Below, piece by piece: positions 37,961-47,517 of a DNA stretch of 64,000 nt. Positions within the stretch are counted from its first letter, which is position 1, and each line of letters opens with the position of its first letter. Under the pieces are notes generated by a model that saw nothing but the letters and a program-made list of their open reading frames with translations, did no database searches and was not told the DNA's origin. Origin of the DNA: an uncultured Desulfurococcales archaeon (GTDB lineage: Archaea > Thermoproteota > Thermoprotei_A > EX4484-217-1); assembly GCA_964564025.1 (NCBI GenBank), contig CAZLZO010000001.1, forward strand, positions 16,348-80,347, in the 5' to 3' direction. The position numbers were made by a program, and so were the translations under genes.

Positions 37961-39997
37961 TTAAGTTAAACCAACAAACCTGCCCATAAACACTATAGTT
38001 AATGCTACAATATACGCTAACATTATTTCATAAGCTAAAGCCATTAAAGCGTATTTTCCTCCAAGCTCCCCTCTTATAGCTGCTATTGTAGCTAAACATG
38101 GAACATAAATTAATGTAAAGGCCATGTAAGCGTAAGCTGTGAGAGGAGTAAAAGCAGTTCCTATAGCTTGTGAGAGATTTTCCTCACTAACCCCATAAAG
38201 TACAGCCATAACCCCTACAACCAATTCTTTAGCTATTAATCCAAAAATAAGGGAGGCCGTAGCTCTCCAATCCCAACCCATAGGTGTGAAAATTGTTGAA
38301 AGCATGTGCCCAACAACACCTACCCAGCTTTTACTAAAGAGCTCCGGATTTTCCAGAGCTTCAACACCTATAATTCCTGAGGGCCCCGTTATACTTAATG
38401 CCCAAACAGTTATAACTCCTAGGAAAATTACTGTGCCAGCTTTAAAAAGGAATTTTTTGGTTCTTTCCCACATTTTTAAAATTACGGTTTTAACTTGCGG
38501 TATAAGGTATGGAGGCATTTCCATAATGAAGCCTACCGATGGGCCTTTGAACACAAATTTTCTAAGAAAAGTAGCTATTAAAATTGCCAGAAAAATTCCG
38601 AGAAGATACATGCTCAAAACGGCAGTTCCAGCATAAGCTCCAAAGAATGTCCCAGCAAAAATTAGGTAAACTGGCAATCTAGCACTACACGACATTAATG
38701 GAAGTATTAAGGCTGTTGTTTTTCTATCATTTTCATCCTCTATAACTCTCGTAGCCATTATTGCCGGAACATTGCATCCAAAACCTATAACCATGGGTAT
38801 TATTGACTTCCCCGTTAAACCTACCTTAAGCATTATTCTATCCATTATGTATGCAACTCTCGACATGTACCCTACATCTTCAAGTAAGGCTAAGGCTAGA
38901 AACAGGAAAGCTATGTTTGGAAGAAATACAAGTATCGAACCTAATCCTGAAATAACTCCGTCAGCTAAAAATGAAGCTGCAATCTTAGGTAAATTACTTT
39001 CAACAACAGCGCTGTAAAGTATATCGTTGAATAAAATATCTACTAAGTCCACGAAGGGTGTAGCAACATCAAAGGCGAATCTAAATAACATGTATAAAAC
39101 AGTTACCATTACAGGTATTCCAAGGGTTTTATGTGCTATGGTGTAGTCCAGTAGATCGCTGAAAGTAAGTCCTATTTCTTTAACTTTAACAACTGTTTTC
39201 CGAATTATCTCAGCAACTCTATCGTATCTTCTTTCAACAAGATGTTCTTCAACATCTTTACCTAGTTCTTCACTTAATCTCCTCCTTATTTCCTCAACCT
39301 CTACAATTATCTCTTGGGAAAATCTTTTGACTTTCTCTTTCACCTCATGGTCGTTTTCTAGAAGTTTTATTGCAATCCATCTTAATGGATATTTTTCTTT
39401 GAGGCCTTCTACTCTCCTTAATCTCTCCTTGATATACTCTATTTGTTTCTCAACTTTGCTGCCGTAATTGACAATTTTTCCGCACTTAGCTTTCTTTTTT
39501 GAAGCCTCTATCATTGTTTTTATGAGATTATTAAACCCTATTTTCTTAATAGCTACCATAGGTACTATTGGAATATCGCATAGTTCTCTCTGAAGTTTTT
39601 CTACATCGATCTTTAACCCTGCGCTTTCAGCTAAATCCATCATGTTCAATGCTATTACTACGTTAGCTTCCATTTCAAGAAGAGTTAATGTTAAGTAAAG
39701 GTTTCTCTCAATACTTGCAGCATTAACTATGTTAACCACTACATCAGGTTTTTCTTCAACAATAAAGTTTCTCGCTATAAGCTCATCAATACTGTAAGCG
39801 GTTAAGCTATATATTCCAGGTAAATCTGTTATTTCGAATTCATAATTTTCTACCTTAAGTTTACCTACTTTTTTCTCAACAGTAACTCCAGGCCAATTTC
39901 CAACCCACGCTTTTCCTCCTGTTAACTCGTTAAATATAACAGATTTTCCCACATTCGGATTACCTACTAAAGCAACTCTAATCTTCACCATAATCAC
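37961..39997 (-). CDS. feoB: ferrous iron transport protein B
   Basis: 678 aa. N-terminal GTPase 'VALVGNPNVGKSVIFNELTG' (G1), 'DLPG' (G3), 'NMMD' (G4), then polytopic permease. No feoA ORF detected nearby. Confidence 0.85.
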   Translation of the reverse strand: MIMVKIRVALVGNPNVGKSVIFNELTGGKAWVGNWPGVTVEKKVGKLKVENYEFEITDLPGIYSLTAYSIDELIARNFIVEEKPDVVVNIVNAASIERNLYLTLTLLEMEANVVIALNMMDLAESAGLKIDVEKLQRELCDIPIVPMVAIKKIGFNNLIKTMIEASKKKAKCGKIVNYGSKVEKQIEYIKERLRRVEGLKEKYPLRWIAIKLLENDHEVKEKVKRFSQEIIVEVEEIRRRLSEELGKDVEEHLVERRYDRVAEIIRKTVVKVKEIGLTFSDLLDYTIAHKTLGIPVMVTVLYMLFRFAFDVATPFVDLVDILFNDILYSAVVESNLPKIAASFLADGVISGLGSILVFLPNIAFLFLALALLEDVGYMSRVAYIMDRIMLKVGLTGKSIIPMVIGFGCNVPAIMATRVIEDENDRKTTALILPLMSCSARLPVYLIFAGTFFGAYAGTAVLSMYLLGIFLAILIATFLRKFVFKGPSVGFIMEMPPYLIPQVKTVILKMWERTKKFLFKAGTVIFLGVITVWALSITGPSGIIGVEALENPELFSKSWVGVVGHMLSTIFTPMGWDWRATASLIFGLIAKELVVGVMAVLYGVSEENLSQAIGTAFTPLTAYAYMAFTLIYVPCLATIAAIRGELGGKYALMALAYEIMLAYIVALTIVFMGRFVGLT

Positions 39998-40016
39998 CTG
40001 TTAGAAACATAAAAAG

Positions 40017-40036
40017 TTAGGTCAGCCTAATATTAT
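40017..40036. promoter_or_regulatory. DtxR/IdeR-like iron-box palindrome overlapping the putative feoB promoter
   Basis: TTAGGTCAGCCTAA (40017-40030) matches the TTAGGTTAGCCTAA core of the DtxR/IdeR consensus at 13/14 positions. Lies 20-33 bp upstream of the feoB start; 'TAATATTA' TATA-like element on the feoB strand at 40029-40036. Confidence 0.3.
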
Positions 40037-40340
40037 TCGCCTAATTTAACATAGTAAGGGAAGCCTATTTAAATATAGTTTCGTGCAATATCATATAATT
40101 TAGAAATAATAAATCATAAAGTTAGCTTTACAATAAATAAGAAGTTGAAATTTAAACAATTAAAAATTATAAAATTTTCTGTTAAAGTTAGACTAAACAT
40201 ATGACTTACGTAAAGACAAATATTTTAAAATATATGTTTAAAAACAATGTTTAATTGAGAACAATTATTTTAAAATAATCAATTAAAAATCAATTTATAA
40301 CCCTCATTAGAGATTCAATGAGAAATAGTGGTAAGAAGAA

Positions 40341-41024
40341 TTGATTAATGATATAGAAAGAGCTCGGAATATTCTTAAAAAGTTAAAGGAAGTGTTTGGA
40401 AGAGTAAATGAGGAAGAATTTTTAGCATATAAGGTAGCTTTTAGAACAAGAGATCCTTTCGAAACCTTAATTGCAACAATACTTACTCAAAACACTAATG
40501 AAAGAAACGCTTTCAGATCATACTATAGTTTAAAGAGAGAGTTTAAAATAAAACCGGAGACTTTAGCAGTTAAAACAGTTAAAGAAGTATCTTCACTCAT
40601 TTCCCATGGGGGATTAGGTTCTATTAAGGCAAAAAGGATTATTGAAGCTTCAAAGTACGTGCTGGAAACATATAAAGGCAATTTATGGAGTATTCTTAAA
40701 AAGCCTCTAGAAGAAGCTAGAAAAGAACTGTTAAAAATACCTGGTGTAGGTCCTAAAACAGCTGACATATTATTGCTCATGATAGCAAATAAGCCTACAG
40801 TACCTGTAGATACGCATGTAATGAGAGTTAGTAGTAGATTAGGTTTTGTAAAGAGAAATGCTAAATACGAAGATGTAAGAAAAGCTCTAATAAACCTTTA
40901 TTGTCCAGATAAGTGTCTTGAAGCCCACCTATACCTTATATTGTTAGGTAGAAAATATTGTTTATCGAGAAAGCCTAGATGCCACGAATGTCCTATAGCA
41001 AATTTATGCCCTAAAATATGCTAA
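40341..41024 (+). CDS. nth: endonuclease III (HhH-GPD DNA glycosylase with [4Fe-4S] loop)
   Basis: 227 aa. 'TILTQNTNERNAFRSY', 'IPGVGPKTADILL' (HhH + catalytic Lys), 'VPVDTHVMRV', Cx6Cx2Cx5C 'CLSRKPRCHECPIANLC'. Confidence 0.75.
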   Translation: MINDIERARNILKKLKEVFGRVNEEEFLAYKVAFRTRDPFETLIATILTQNTNERNAFRSYYSLKREFKIKPETLAVKTVKEVSSLISHGGLGSIKAKRIIEASKYVLETYKGNLWSILKKPLEEARKELLKIPGVGPKTADILLLMIANKPTVPVDTHVMRVSSRLGFVKRNAKYEDVRKALINLYCPDKCLEAHLYLILLGRKYCLSRKPRCHECPIANLCPKIC

Positions 41025-41655
41025 TGCTAAATGTCTTAAGGGGTTCCGGAGGATTCTTTTGAGATATTTTCTTCATGAAAAATGTTTCAAGTAACTCTAT
41101 TGTTTTAAGCATTAAACTTATTGCATTCTCTCGTATAAGACCATTCTTTAACCAAACATTTATTTTCACATCAACTCTCCTAAACTCCTTATTCTCACTG
41201 AGATATAGTCTGAAATAGTGTATCTTACCTTCACCACCGCTTGGTTTCAAATATTCTCTCTTTAGCGGTTCCTCATGCTCTCTTAAGAAGAGCGTTAAAG
41301 CATTTTTCTTAGCATTTTTAGGTGAAACTCTAAATTTCCACTTAGTCCACAAGAATGTGTCTACGAAAACCACTTGAGTCTCAGGTATTTTAAGTTCTCT
41401 ATCCTTAAAGGAGCCTTCAAACCCTATGAATGAAGACTTTTTATTTCTAATAGACATAGCTAAGATGTTCGTATAAAGCCCGTTAGATAGTGTTATGTAT
41501 CCATTAAGTGTTAAAGCCCTATAAAGAACATTTTCTTTAAGTTCAACAATACTAACTGATTTAACAAGGGACCCTAAGTTTTCCTTACATATTTTAACTA
41601 ACTCCCTAGCTAACTCCATAGCACTTCCAGGGCTTCTCCACGTAAAGGGATCCAT
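41011..41655 (-). CDS. hypothetical protein
   Basis: 214 aa. No motif recognised. Convergent with nth, 14-bp 3' overlap. Confidence 0.3.
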   Translation of the reverse strand: MDPFTWRSPGSAMELARELVKICKENLGSLVKSVSIVELKENVLYRALTLNGYITLSNGLYTNILAMSIRNKKSSFIGFEGSFKDRELKIPETQVVFVDTFLWTKWKFRVSPKNAKKNALTLFLREHEEPLKREYLKPSGGEGKIHYFRLYLSENKEFRRVDVKINVWLKNGLIRENAISLMLKTIELLETFFMKKISQKNPPEPLKTFSISIF

Positions 41656-41668
41656 TATTTCACCGAAA

Positions 41669-42634
41669 CTAAAATGGCCTATATATTGCTATAGCAACTG
41701 CACCATATAGTACTATATCGTCACCTAGTTTTGTAATTTCTATTCTTGGAACCTTATTTACAGCATAATGGTCAATGTATTTCAATATGGGATCTATAAC
41801 TAATTCTCTTGGATTATTTAAAGCTATAGCTCCACCTACAGTAATTAACTCTGGATCATAAGCATTTATTACGTTAGCAAACCCGGCTGCATTTATTTTA
41901 CCTAACTCATCAATAACCAGCAACGCTAATTTATCCCCTACTTTTGCTGCGTCAAATAAGTCCTTAGATGTTAATGTGTTGCTTAATATTTTCTCTCTAA
42001 GAATACTTTCTCTAAGTAATTCATTGAACTTGTTCTTACAAAGCATCCTAACAAATCTCGGTATGTTCCTACCTGAAGCATAAGCTTCCCAATGGCCAAG
42101 CCGACCACATCCACAGATAAGCGATGATTCATAATTTATAACGGAATGTCCCATTTCGTGAGCGTTTCCGTCTTTACCTAAAAGGAGTTTCCCATTAACT
42201 ATTACCCCAACACCTATGCCCGTGCTTAAGGTAATATACACTAAGTTTTCAACGTTTCTTCCTAAACCGAAATGTTTTTCACCCCAAACAGCCGAGACAG
42301 CATCATTAAGTACAATGACTTCTGTTTCGAAGAATTCTTCTAAAGGTGCTTTCAACTCTACTTTTTTAAAAGGCAAATTTGGTGGATTAACTATTATGCC
42401 TTTCCTTATATCTAATGGTCCTATAGAGCCTATAGCGACTTTAACTATTCTTACGCTACCTAGTTTTTCAATGAGCTTCTTGTACGTCGCGATTATTTGC
42501 TGAGCTATAGCGTATTCGTCACCCTCCTTAACAACGTATTCTTTAACTTTTGAAACAATCTTACCTTGCATCGTTGCTAAAGCTAACCTAAGATAGGTTG
42601 CTCCAAGATCAATTGCTAAAACATATTCTTTCAA
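41669..42634 (-). CDS. ROK family sugar kinase (glucokinase-like)
   Basis: 321 aa. 'LAIDLGATYLRLAL' ATP-binding start; ROK Zn motif 'CGCGRLGHWEAYASG'. Confidence 0.75.
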   Translation of the reverse strand: MKEYVLAIDLGATYLRLALATMQGKIVSKVKEYVVKEGDEYAIAQQIIATYKKLIEKLGSVRIVKVAIGSIGPLDIRKGIIVNPPNLPFKKVELKAPLEEFFETEVIVLNDAVSAVWGEKHFGLGRNVENLVYITLSTGIGVGVIVNGKLLLGKDGNAHEMGHSVINYESSLICGCGRLGHWEAYASGRNIPRFVRMLCKNKFNELLRESILREKILSNTLTSKDLFDAAKVGDKLALLVIDELGKINAAGFANVINAYDPELITVGGAIALNNPRELVIDPILKYIDHYAVNKVPRIEITKLGDDIVLYGAVAIAIYRPF

Positions 42635-42635
42635 A

Positions 42636-43196
42636 CTACAATCCTCCCTTAAAAATTCTAAACAAATCTATAACTAAAATTGTTAAGACAAGAATTATTG
42701 GAGCGACAAGAATAGTTCTAAGAAGAAACTCTATATTTAAGCCGTAAATCATTATTAATAACCCTATAATGTGAAACATTACAAGTATATGTAGCCCATA
42801 GCGTAAAAGTAAGCCATATTTTCTAGCTTTTTGAGTTAAAAACACTATAGTGAAAACAACTATTGCTGAAAGAATCTGTGTTATAAATATTCCTAATTTT
42901 AACCCAAATGCTTCAAAGAAGAAATGTAAACCTAAATTTATTTCTTCCGCCCCAAAGAACATAATGCTTCTATATGTAAGAGTCATGTCAAGAGACCTAA
43001 TAATTAAGGCTACTAGACCCAGGATGAAAAGATCAATGTCTATGGTTTCCGTAAAAAGGTTTTTCTTAAGTAATTTCATCATTTTCCTCTCAAAATACAT
43101 TAAGTATGTAGGGAAATTAATGTTTACTCTTTTCTTCCTCAGCCTGAGATAGAAAATCAAGTAATGATACTGTCCTCTTATTACCTCTTTTGTCAC
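42636..43196 (-). CDS. hypothetical membrane protein
   Basis: 186 aa ORF. The first ~38 codons overlap the rad50 3' end by 80 bp; an internal start (MMKLL, ~43082) is more plausible. Four TM helices. Confidence 0.3.
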   Translation of the reverse strand: MTKEVIRGQYHYLIFYLRLRKKRVNINFPTYLMYFERKMMKLLKKNLFTETIDIDLFILGLVALIIRSLDMTLTYRSIMFFGAEEINLGLHFFFEAFGLKLGIFITQILSAIVVFTIVFLTQKARKYGLLLRYGLHILVMFHIIGLLIMIYGLNIEFLLRTILVAPIILVLTILVIDLFRIFKGGL

Positions 43197-45537
43197 TAAC
43201 TAACATCTTTACCTCAGGCTTGAACTGTTCTTTAACATGCCTCGTTGAAGCTTCAATACTCATTTTATAAATACTCCTACTTATGACTCTAAAAGTTTCC
43301 ATCACTTTTTCAACATAATCTAAATCTATGTTTTCATAGTATACCTTTGTTCTCGTGGCTTCAGAGTCTAATTCAAGTCTTATTATACTAAGTTTTTCCT
43401 CACCTGAAACATCATAGAATGATCTATCATGTGTAACAATAATTACCTGTCTCGGCCCTCCCGGACTAAAAAGGACCCTTCTTAATAACTCTACTCTCTC
43501 AGGAGAGAAACCGTATGTCGGTTCATCAAGTATTAACAGGCCTTCCCTAAGCTGGGGAATCATGCTTCTAGCAACTCTATTTAAAGCAAGTCTATAGGCC
43601 AAAGAAATACTTGTAAGCTGTCCCCCGCTCGGCGTGTCTATAGTAACTAAAGAACCATCTACTTTAGCTTTAAATTCAAGCTTGAAGTCCGGTGAGACTT
43701 CTACGTCTATGTTTTCATATCCCATCATTAGAGTTTTGAATATTCTTAAAAATTCTTCTTTAAAAGCAATATAAGCTTTGGATTTAACATATCTTTCAAC
43801 TTCCCTTATTATGGCCAATATGTTCTTATCTAGAAATTCAAGATAAAACCTATTCTTGTTTATTTCCTCCCTTATTTTCTTAAGTTCCTCTTTAACCCTG
43901 CTTATTTCTCTTAATTTTTCCTCATAACCTCCAATTTCTCCTTGTAGCTTCCCTTTTTCCTCATTAATTCTTTCTTTCTCTTTCAATATATTCTCAAAAT
44001 CCCTTTTAGCAACACTTATTTCTTCACTCACCTTTTCAAGTTCCTTAGTTACTTTAGCTATTTTTTCAAGTTCGCTTTTCAACTTGCTTATACGGGACTC
44101 TATTTTAACTATGTCTTTAGCAACTTCAAGGAGGCTTGCTAGTTTAGCTTTTCTTTCAAAAAGTTTCTTTAGCTCCTCGTTGATTCCTCTTTCTTCAGCT
44201 AAGAGATCGTTAAATTCTTTTTCAAGAACATTCTTTTTCTTTTTCATCTTCTCTATGTCGGCCTCTACTGTAGCAAGTTTCTTAAAAATCTCCTCCTTTT
44301 CAGCTAAGAGTTTATCAATGTCTTTGCTAATTCTTTCCTTAAGATCTTTAGCGTGTGCGTGAGGTATAGGTTGTAAACATAGTGGACATATTCCTTTACT
44401 TTCAAGATCCCTTATTTCTTCCAGTCTCTTTTCAAGTTCTCCTATTTTACCATCTATTTTAGCTACTTTAGAATGTAAAGCTTTGCTTTCACTTATTTTT
44501 GATTCAAGAATATTTTCTAACTCCTTTTTGTTATTACTTACCGCCTCCTTTCTACTACTTATTTTCCTTAATTTACCCTCTATTCTCTTAATTTCATTCT
44601 CTACTACTGAAAGTTCATTTTCTAGCTCTCCTATGTTCTTATCTCCAAGTTCTTGTTTTTTCATTCTTTTTTCATTCTCTAGTTCTTCAAGTTCTCTTCT
44701 CAAGACTTCAGCTTTGCCCGCTTTTTCCCTTAACTTCTTCTCTTTCTCCTCAAGTTCTCTTAGTTTTTCTTTTAACCTTTCTTCAGCTTCTTTTAATTTC
44801 TTAGCTTCTTTCTCAAGTTTTTCTAGTTTTCCTTTTGCTTCCCTTAACCTTTCCTTAACTATGGTTTCATCAACTATTTTCTCTCTTAACTCGCTTTCCC
44901 GCTTCTCCAACTCTTTCCTAAGTTTACGGCGAACAAGTGTTTTTACATAATCTATTCTCTCCTTAGCATAACTGTATTTTACGAGATTTAGAACCCTATT
45001 TACTATTTCCGACCTCTCTTCCTCACTCACATTAAGTATTGAGTGTATTCCGAATTGGGGAACATAAATTGCTGAAGCAAAAACCTTACTTCTAGCCCGT
45101 GTTTTCTCTTCAGGTATTCCAAGAAGTTCCAGTATGTAGCTTCTCATTTCAGAAGCTGTAAGTTTCCTAAATTTTGTTGGACCATCTTTCTCTACTACTA
45201 GAACCCATCCCCCCTTATCACTTACCGTTTTCCCAGACTCAGCTATTTCCCTGTGAACTATTATGTCTCTTCCTTCACTTCTAATCCATAATTTAATGAA
45301 TCCTCTACTTTCACCTCTTCTTAGAAGATCTCTAGCAGTTGGATTAGCGAATCTCGAGAGAGGATCCGTTGGTGAACCTGGAACATTTCCGAAAATAGCA
45401 AATCCTATTGCGCTTAGAATACTTGTTTTCCCCGAACCCACATCGCCGTAAATCACTGTTATTCCTTCTTCGGGAAACACTACTATTTCATCCTTATAGG
45501 ATCTAATGTTATGTAGCCAAATAGCCTTGATAATCAT
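43117..45537 (-). CDS. rad50: DNA double-strand break repair ATPase Rad50
   Basis: 806 aa. N-terminal Walker A 'GDVGSGKTS', long K/E-rich coiled coil, zinc hook 'GICPLCLQP' (CxxC at 44377-44388), signature 'PSGGQLTSISLAYRLAL', Walker B/D-loop 'LLILDEPTYGFS'. Confidence 0.8.
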   Translation of the reverse strand: MIIKAIWLHNIRSYKDEIVVFPEEGITVIYGDVGSGKTSILSAIGFAIFGNVPGSPTDPLSRFANPTARDLLRRGESRGFIKLWIRSEGRDIIVHREIAESGKTVSDKGGWVLVVEKDGPTKFRKLTASEMRSYILELLGIPEEKTRARSKVFASAIYVPQFGIHSILNVSEEERSEIVNRVLNLVKYSYAKERIDYVKTLVRRKLRKELEKRESELREKIVDETIVKERLREAKGKLEKLEKEAKKLKEAEERLKEKLRELEEKEKKLREKAGKAEVLRRELEELENEKRMKKQELGDKNIGELENELSVVENEIKRIEGKLRKISSRKEAVSNNKKELENILESKISESKALHSKVAKIDGKIGELEKRLEEIRDLESKGICPLCLQPIPHAHAKDLKERISKDIDKLLAEKEEIFKKLATVEADIEKMKKKKNVLEKEFNDLLAEERGINEELKKLFERKAKLASLLEVAKDIVKIESRISKLKSELEKIAKVTKELEKVSEEISVAKRDFENILKEKERINEEKGKLQGEIGGYEEKLREISRVKEELKKIREEINKNRFYLEFLDKNILAIIREVERYVKSKAYIAFKEEFLRIFKTLMMGYENIDVEVSPDFKLEFKAKVDGSLVTIDTPSGGQLTSISLAYRLALNRVARSMIPQLREGLLILDEPTYGFSPERVELLRRVLFSPGGPRQVIIVTHDRSFYDVSGEEKLSIIRLELDSEATRTKVYYENIDLDYVEKVMETFRVISRSIYKMSIEASTRHVKEQFKPEVKMLVSDKRGNKRTVSLLDFLSQAEEEKSKH

Positions 45538-45544
45538 CGCTTAC

Positions 45545-47515
45545 TTAAACCTCTGAGACAATTTTAGCTAAATCCTCTAATTTCTCTACTTCCCGCCTAC
45601 TTTTCACTGCGATTTCAAACCATCCCTTAAAGTAAGCTGGTATGGGGTCTCTAACTCTAACATCTGGTGTGTAAATGTATCCTTCTCTATCGTTTAGTAA
45701 GGGTATTTCTGATGAGGGGACACCTATTGATGAGAAATATTCTATGTCACTCCTATACTTTGTTCTTAAAACTATGAGAGTGTTCATGTTTGCTAAAAGC
45801 TGTTTTTCGATAATCGTAGCTAACTGGGTTATTGCTATAAGCCCTATCCTAAACTTTCTTCCTTCACGAGCTATTCGCGCAAAAGCATTTCTAGGGCTCC
45901 TAACTTTTTCGGGTGAAAGATAAAGGGGTGCTTCTTCAGAAACTATTGCTACAACATTTTTCCTGCTTAGTTCTCTAGGATCCAATCCTATTCTACCACT
46001 TAGAATTCTCCTAACAACATTGAGCACTACAGCATCGGCTTGGGCTGAAGGCGCAGAGGAAACATCGAGTATTACTATGTTTCCCTCTTCAATTTTCTTA
46101 ATTATTGAATCAATGCTTAACCCTCTTTCAATAACTGATAGTTCATCAGAAACACTAATTCTATACCACTTATAATTTGCTAGGTTCTGTTTAACTCTTA
46201 AAACAGGGCTTTTAGCTATTTCCTCAAGAAGCCTACGTAGGGAACCTGGTTTCTTAAAAACATCACTTAATTTAAAAATGCTTTTATCGTCAGAGTAAAC
46301 TGTTACAACTCCTCCGTTTTCGGAAATACTTTTCGGCTTAATGTTTAGGAGAGCTAATAAGCGTGTTCTCCAAACCCTAAGCTTCTGAATATACATTCCC
46401 TGTTGAACAAACTCCCTATAAACACCCTTCTTCTCTTTTTCCCCAACACCTTCGCTATTACACATGTTATCAACTACGGCTATGAATAGCGGAATTAAAT
46501 GACCACTTAGTACTCCTTCTCTACTCCTAAACATTTCTTTCCAAGTATCAGATAAATTAGATGCTTCAACTATTGCTTCAAGAGTTTCAAGAATAATCTC
46601 TAATGTAGCTGCTTCCTCATCGGATACCTCAAGCGCCATTGAAACATCATTTACTGTTAAACTTCCAATGTTTATTGCTGCTTCTCTTATCTCCACATTA
46701 CCATATGTTTGTGGTTCTCTTTCCGTAAAAGAGAGCTTATATACATGAATTCTTTCCTTCAACACATCTTCAGAATTATTGCTTAAAATAGCTTTAGAAA
46801 GCTTGTTAAGGAAAAATTCTCCCCCACCACTTGAATACTTACTATACTCTCCATGCCTATCTATTATGAGCCAACTTATCGGTGATTTCCCATGGAGAGC
46901 CCAGTCCAGAATTATACCCATAATCCCGGTTGTTTTCCCGGCACCAGTTTGTCCAGAGACAAGAATGTGTTTTGGAATTAAAGATTCTATATCAACCTTT
47001 ATTTCTGCTCTATCAAAATACTTTAGAGCTTTCTCGCTTTCCGTTGATGCTGAGCCACTTCTTAGAATAGCTATTGGCACTGTTTTTTCTAAATATTCCT
47101 GTACAGGAATTCCTAAACTGAACATATACATTATTTTCTCAGATTCTTCATCACCGCTTTCAAGCCTATAAACTTCAGTATTAAGTGGTGGAGGAGTTGC
47201 GGGCCTTGAAACATAGATTCTATCTCCTTCCTCGATAACTAAGAACATAGGTGATGTTATAATGGTTCTTTCCTTTCCTGCTTCAATAAGCGCTCCGCTA
47301 GGCTCAACTTTCCTAGGCAGGAGACCTAAAGTTTTATTAGCTCCTGCTGGGAGCTTATTTAAAACATCATCTACGTGAAGCAATAGAACTTTACTTAACC
47401 CCTTAAGTTTAACGTAAAGTATGTCCCCTATGCTTATTCCTAAACTACTCTGGTGACCTGCAATTAACACTTTATCTTTAGAAGACTCGAAAATCCATCC
47501 AACAAATTTACCCAT
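45545..47515 (-). CDS. herA: HerA-type ATPase/helicase (FtsK-HerA superfamily)
   Basis: 656 aa. Walker A 'VSGQTGAGKTTG'. Sits between nurA-like and rad50 in the same transcription unit. Longer than the ~500-aa Sulfolobus protein. Confidence 0.7.
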   Translation of the reverse strand: MGKFVGWIFESSKDKVLIAGHQSSLGISIGDILYVKLKGLSKVLLLHVDDVLNKLPAGANKTLGLLPRKVEPSGALIEAGKERTIITSPMFLVIEEGDRIYVSRPATPPPLNTEVYRLESGDEESEKIMYMFSLGIPVQEYLEKTVPIAILRSGSASTESEKALKYFDRAEIKVDIESLIPKHILVSGQTGAGKTTGIMGIILDWALHGKSPISWLIIDRHGEYSKYSSGGGEFFLNKLSKAILSNNSEDVLKERIHVYKLSFTEREPQTYGNVEIREAAINIGSLTVNDVSMALEVSDEEAATLEIILETLEAIVEASNLSDTWKEMFRSREGVLSGHLIPLFIAVVDNMCNSEGVGEKEKKGVYREFVQQGMYIQKLRVWRTRLLALLNIKPKSISENGGVVTVYSDDKSIFKLSDVFKKPGSLRRLLEEIAKSPVLRVKQNLANYKWYRISVSDELSVIERGLSIDSIIKKIEEGNIVILDVSSAPSAQADAVVLNVVRRILSGRIGLDPRELSRKNVVAIVSEEAPLYLSPEKVRSPRNAFARIAREGRKFRIGLIAITQLATIIEKQLLANMNTLIVLRTKYRSDIEYFSSIGVPSSEIPLLNDREGYIYTPDVRVRDPIPAYFKGWFEIAVKSRREVEKLEDLAKIVSEV

Positions 47516-47517
47516 AA

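Noticed and set aside
44084-44950. Two plus-strand ORFs (92 and 155 aa) rich in S/F/L inside rad50
   Set aside because: They are the antisense reading of the K/E-rich Rad50 coiled-coil codons (AAG/GAA repeats read as CTT/TTC). Low complexity, no start context.
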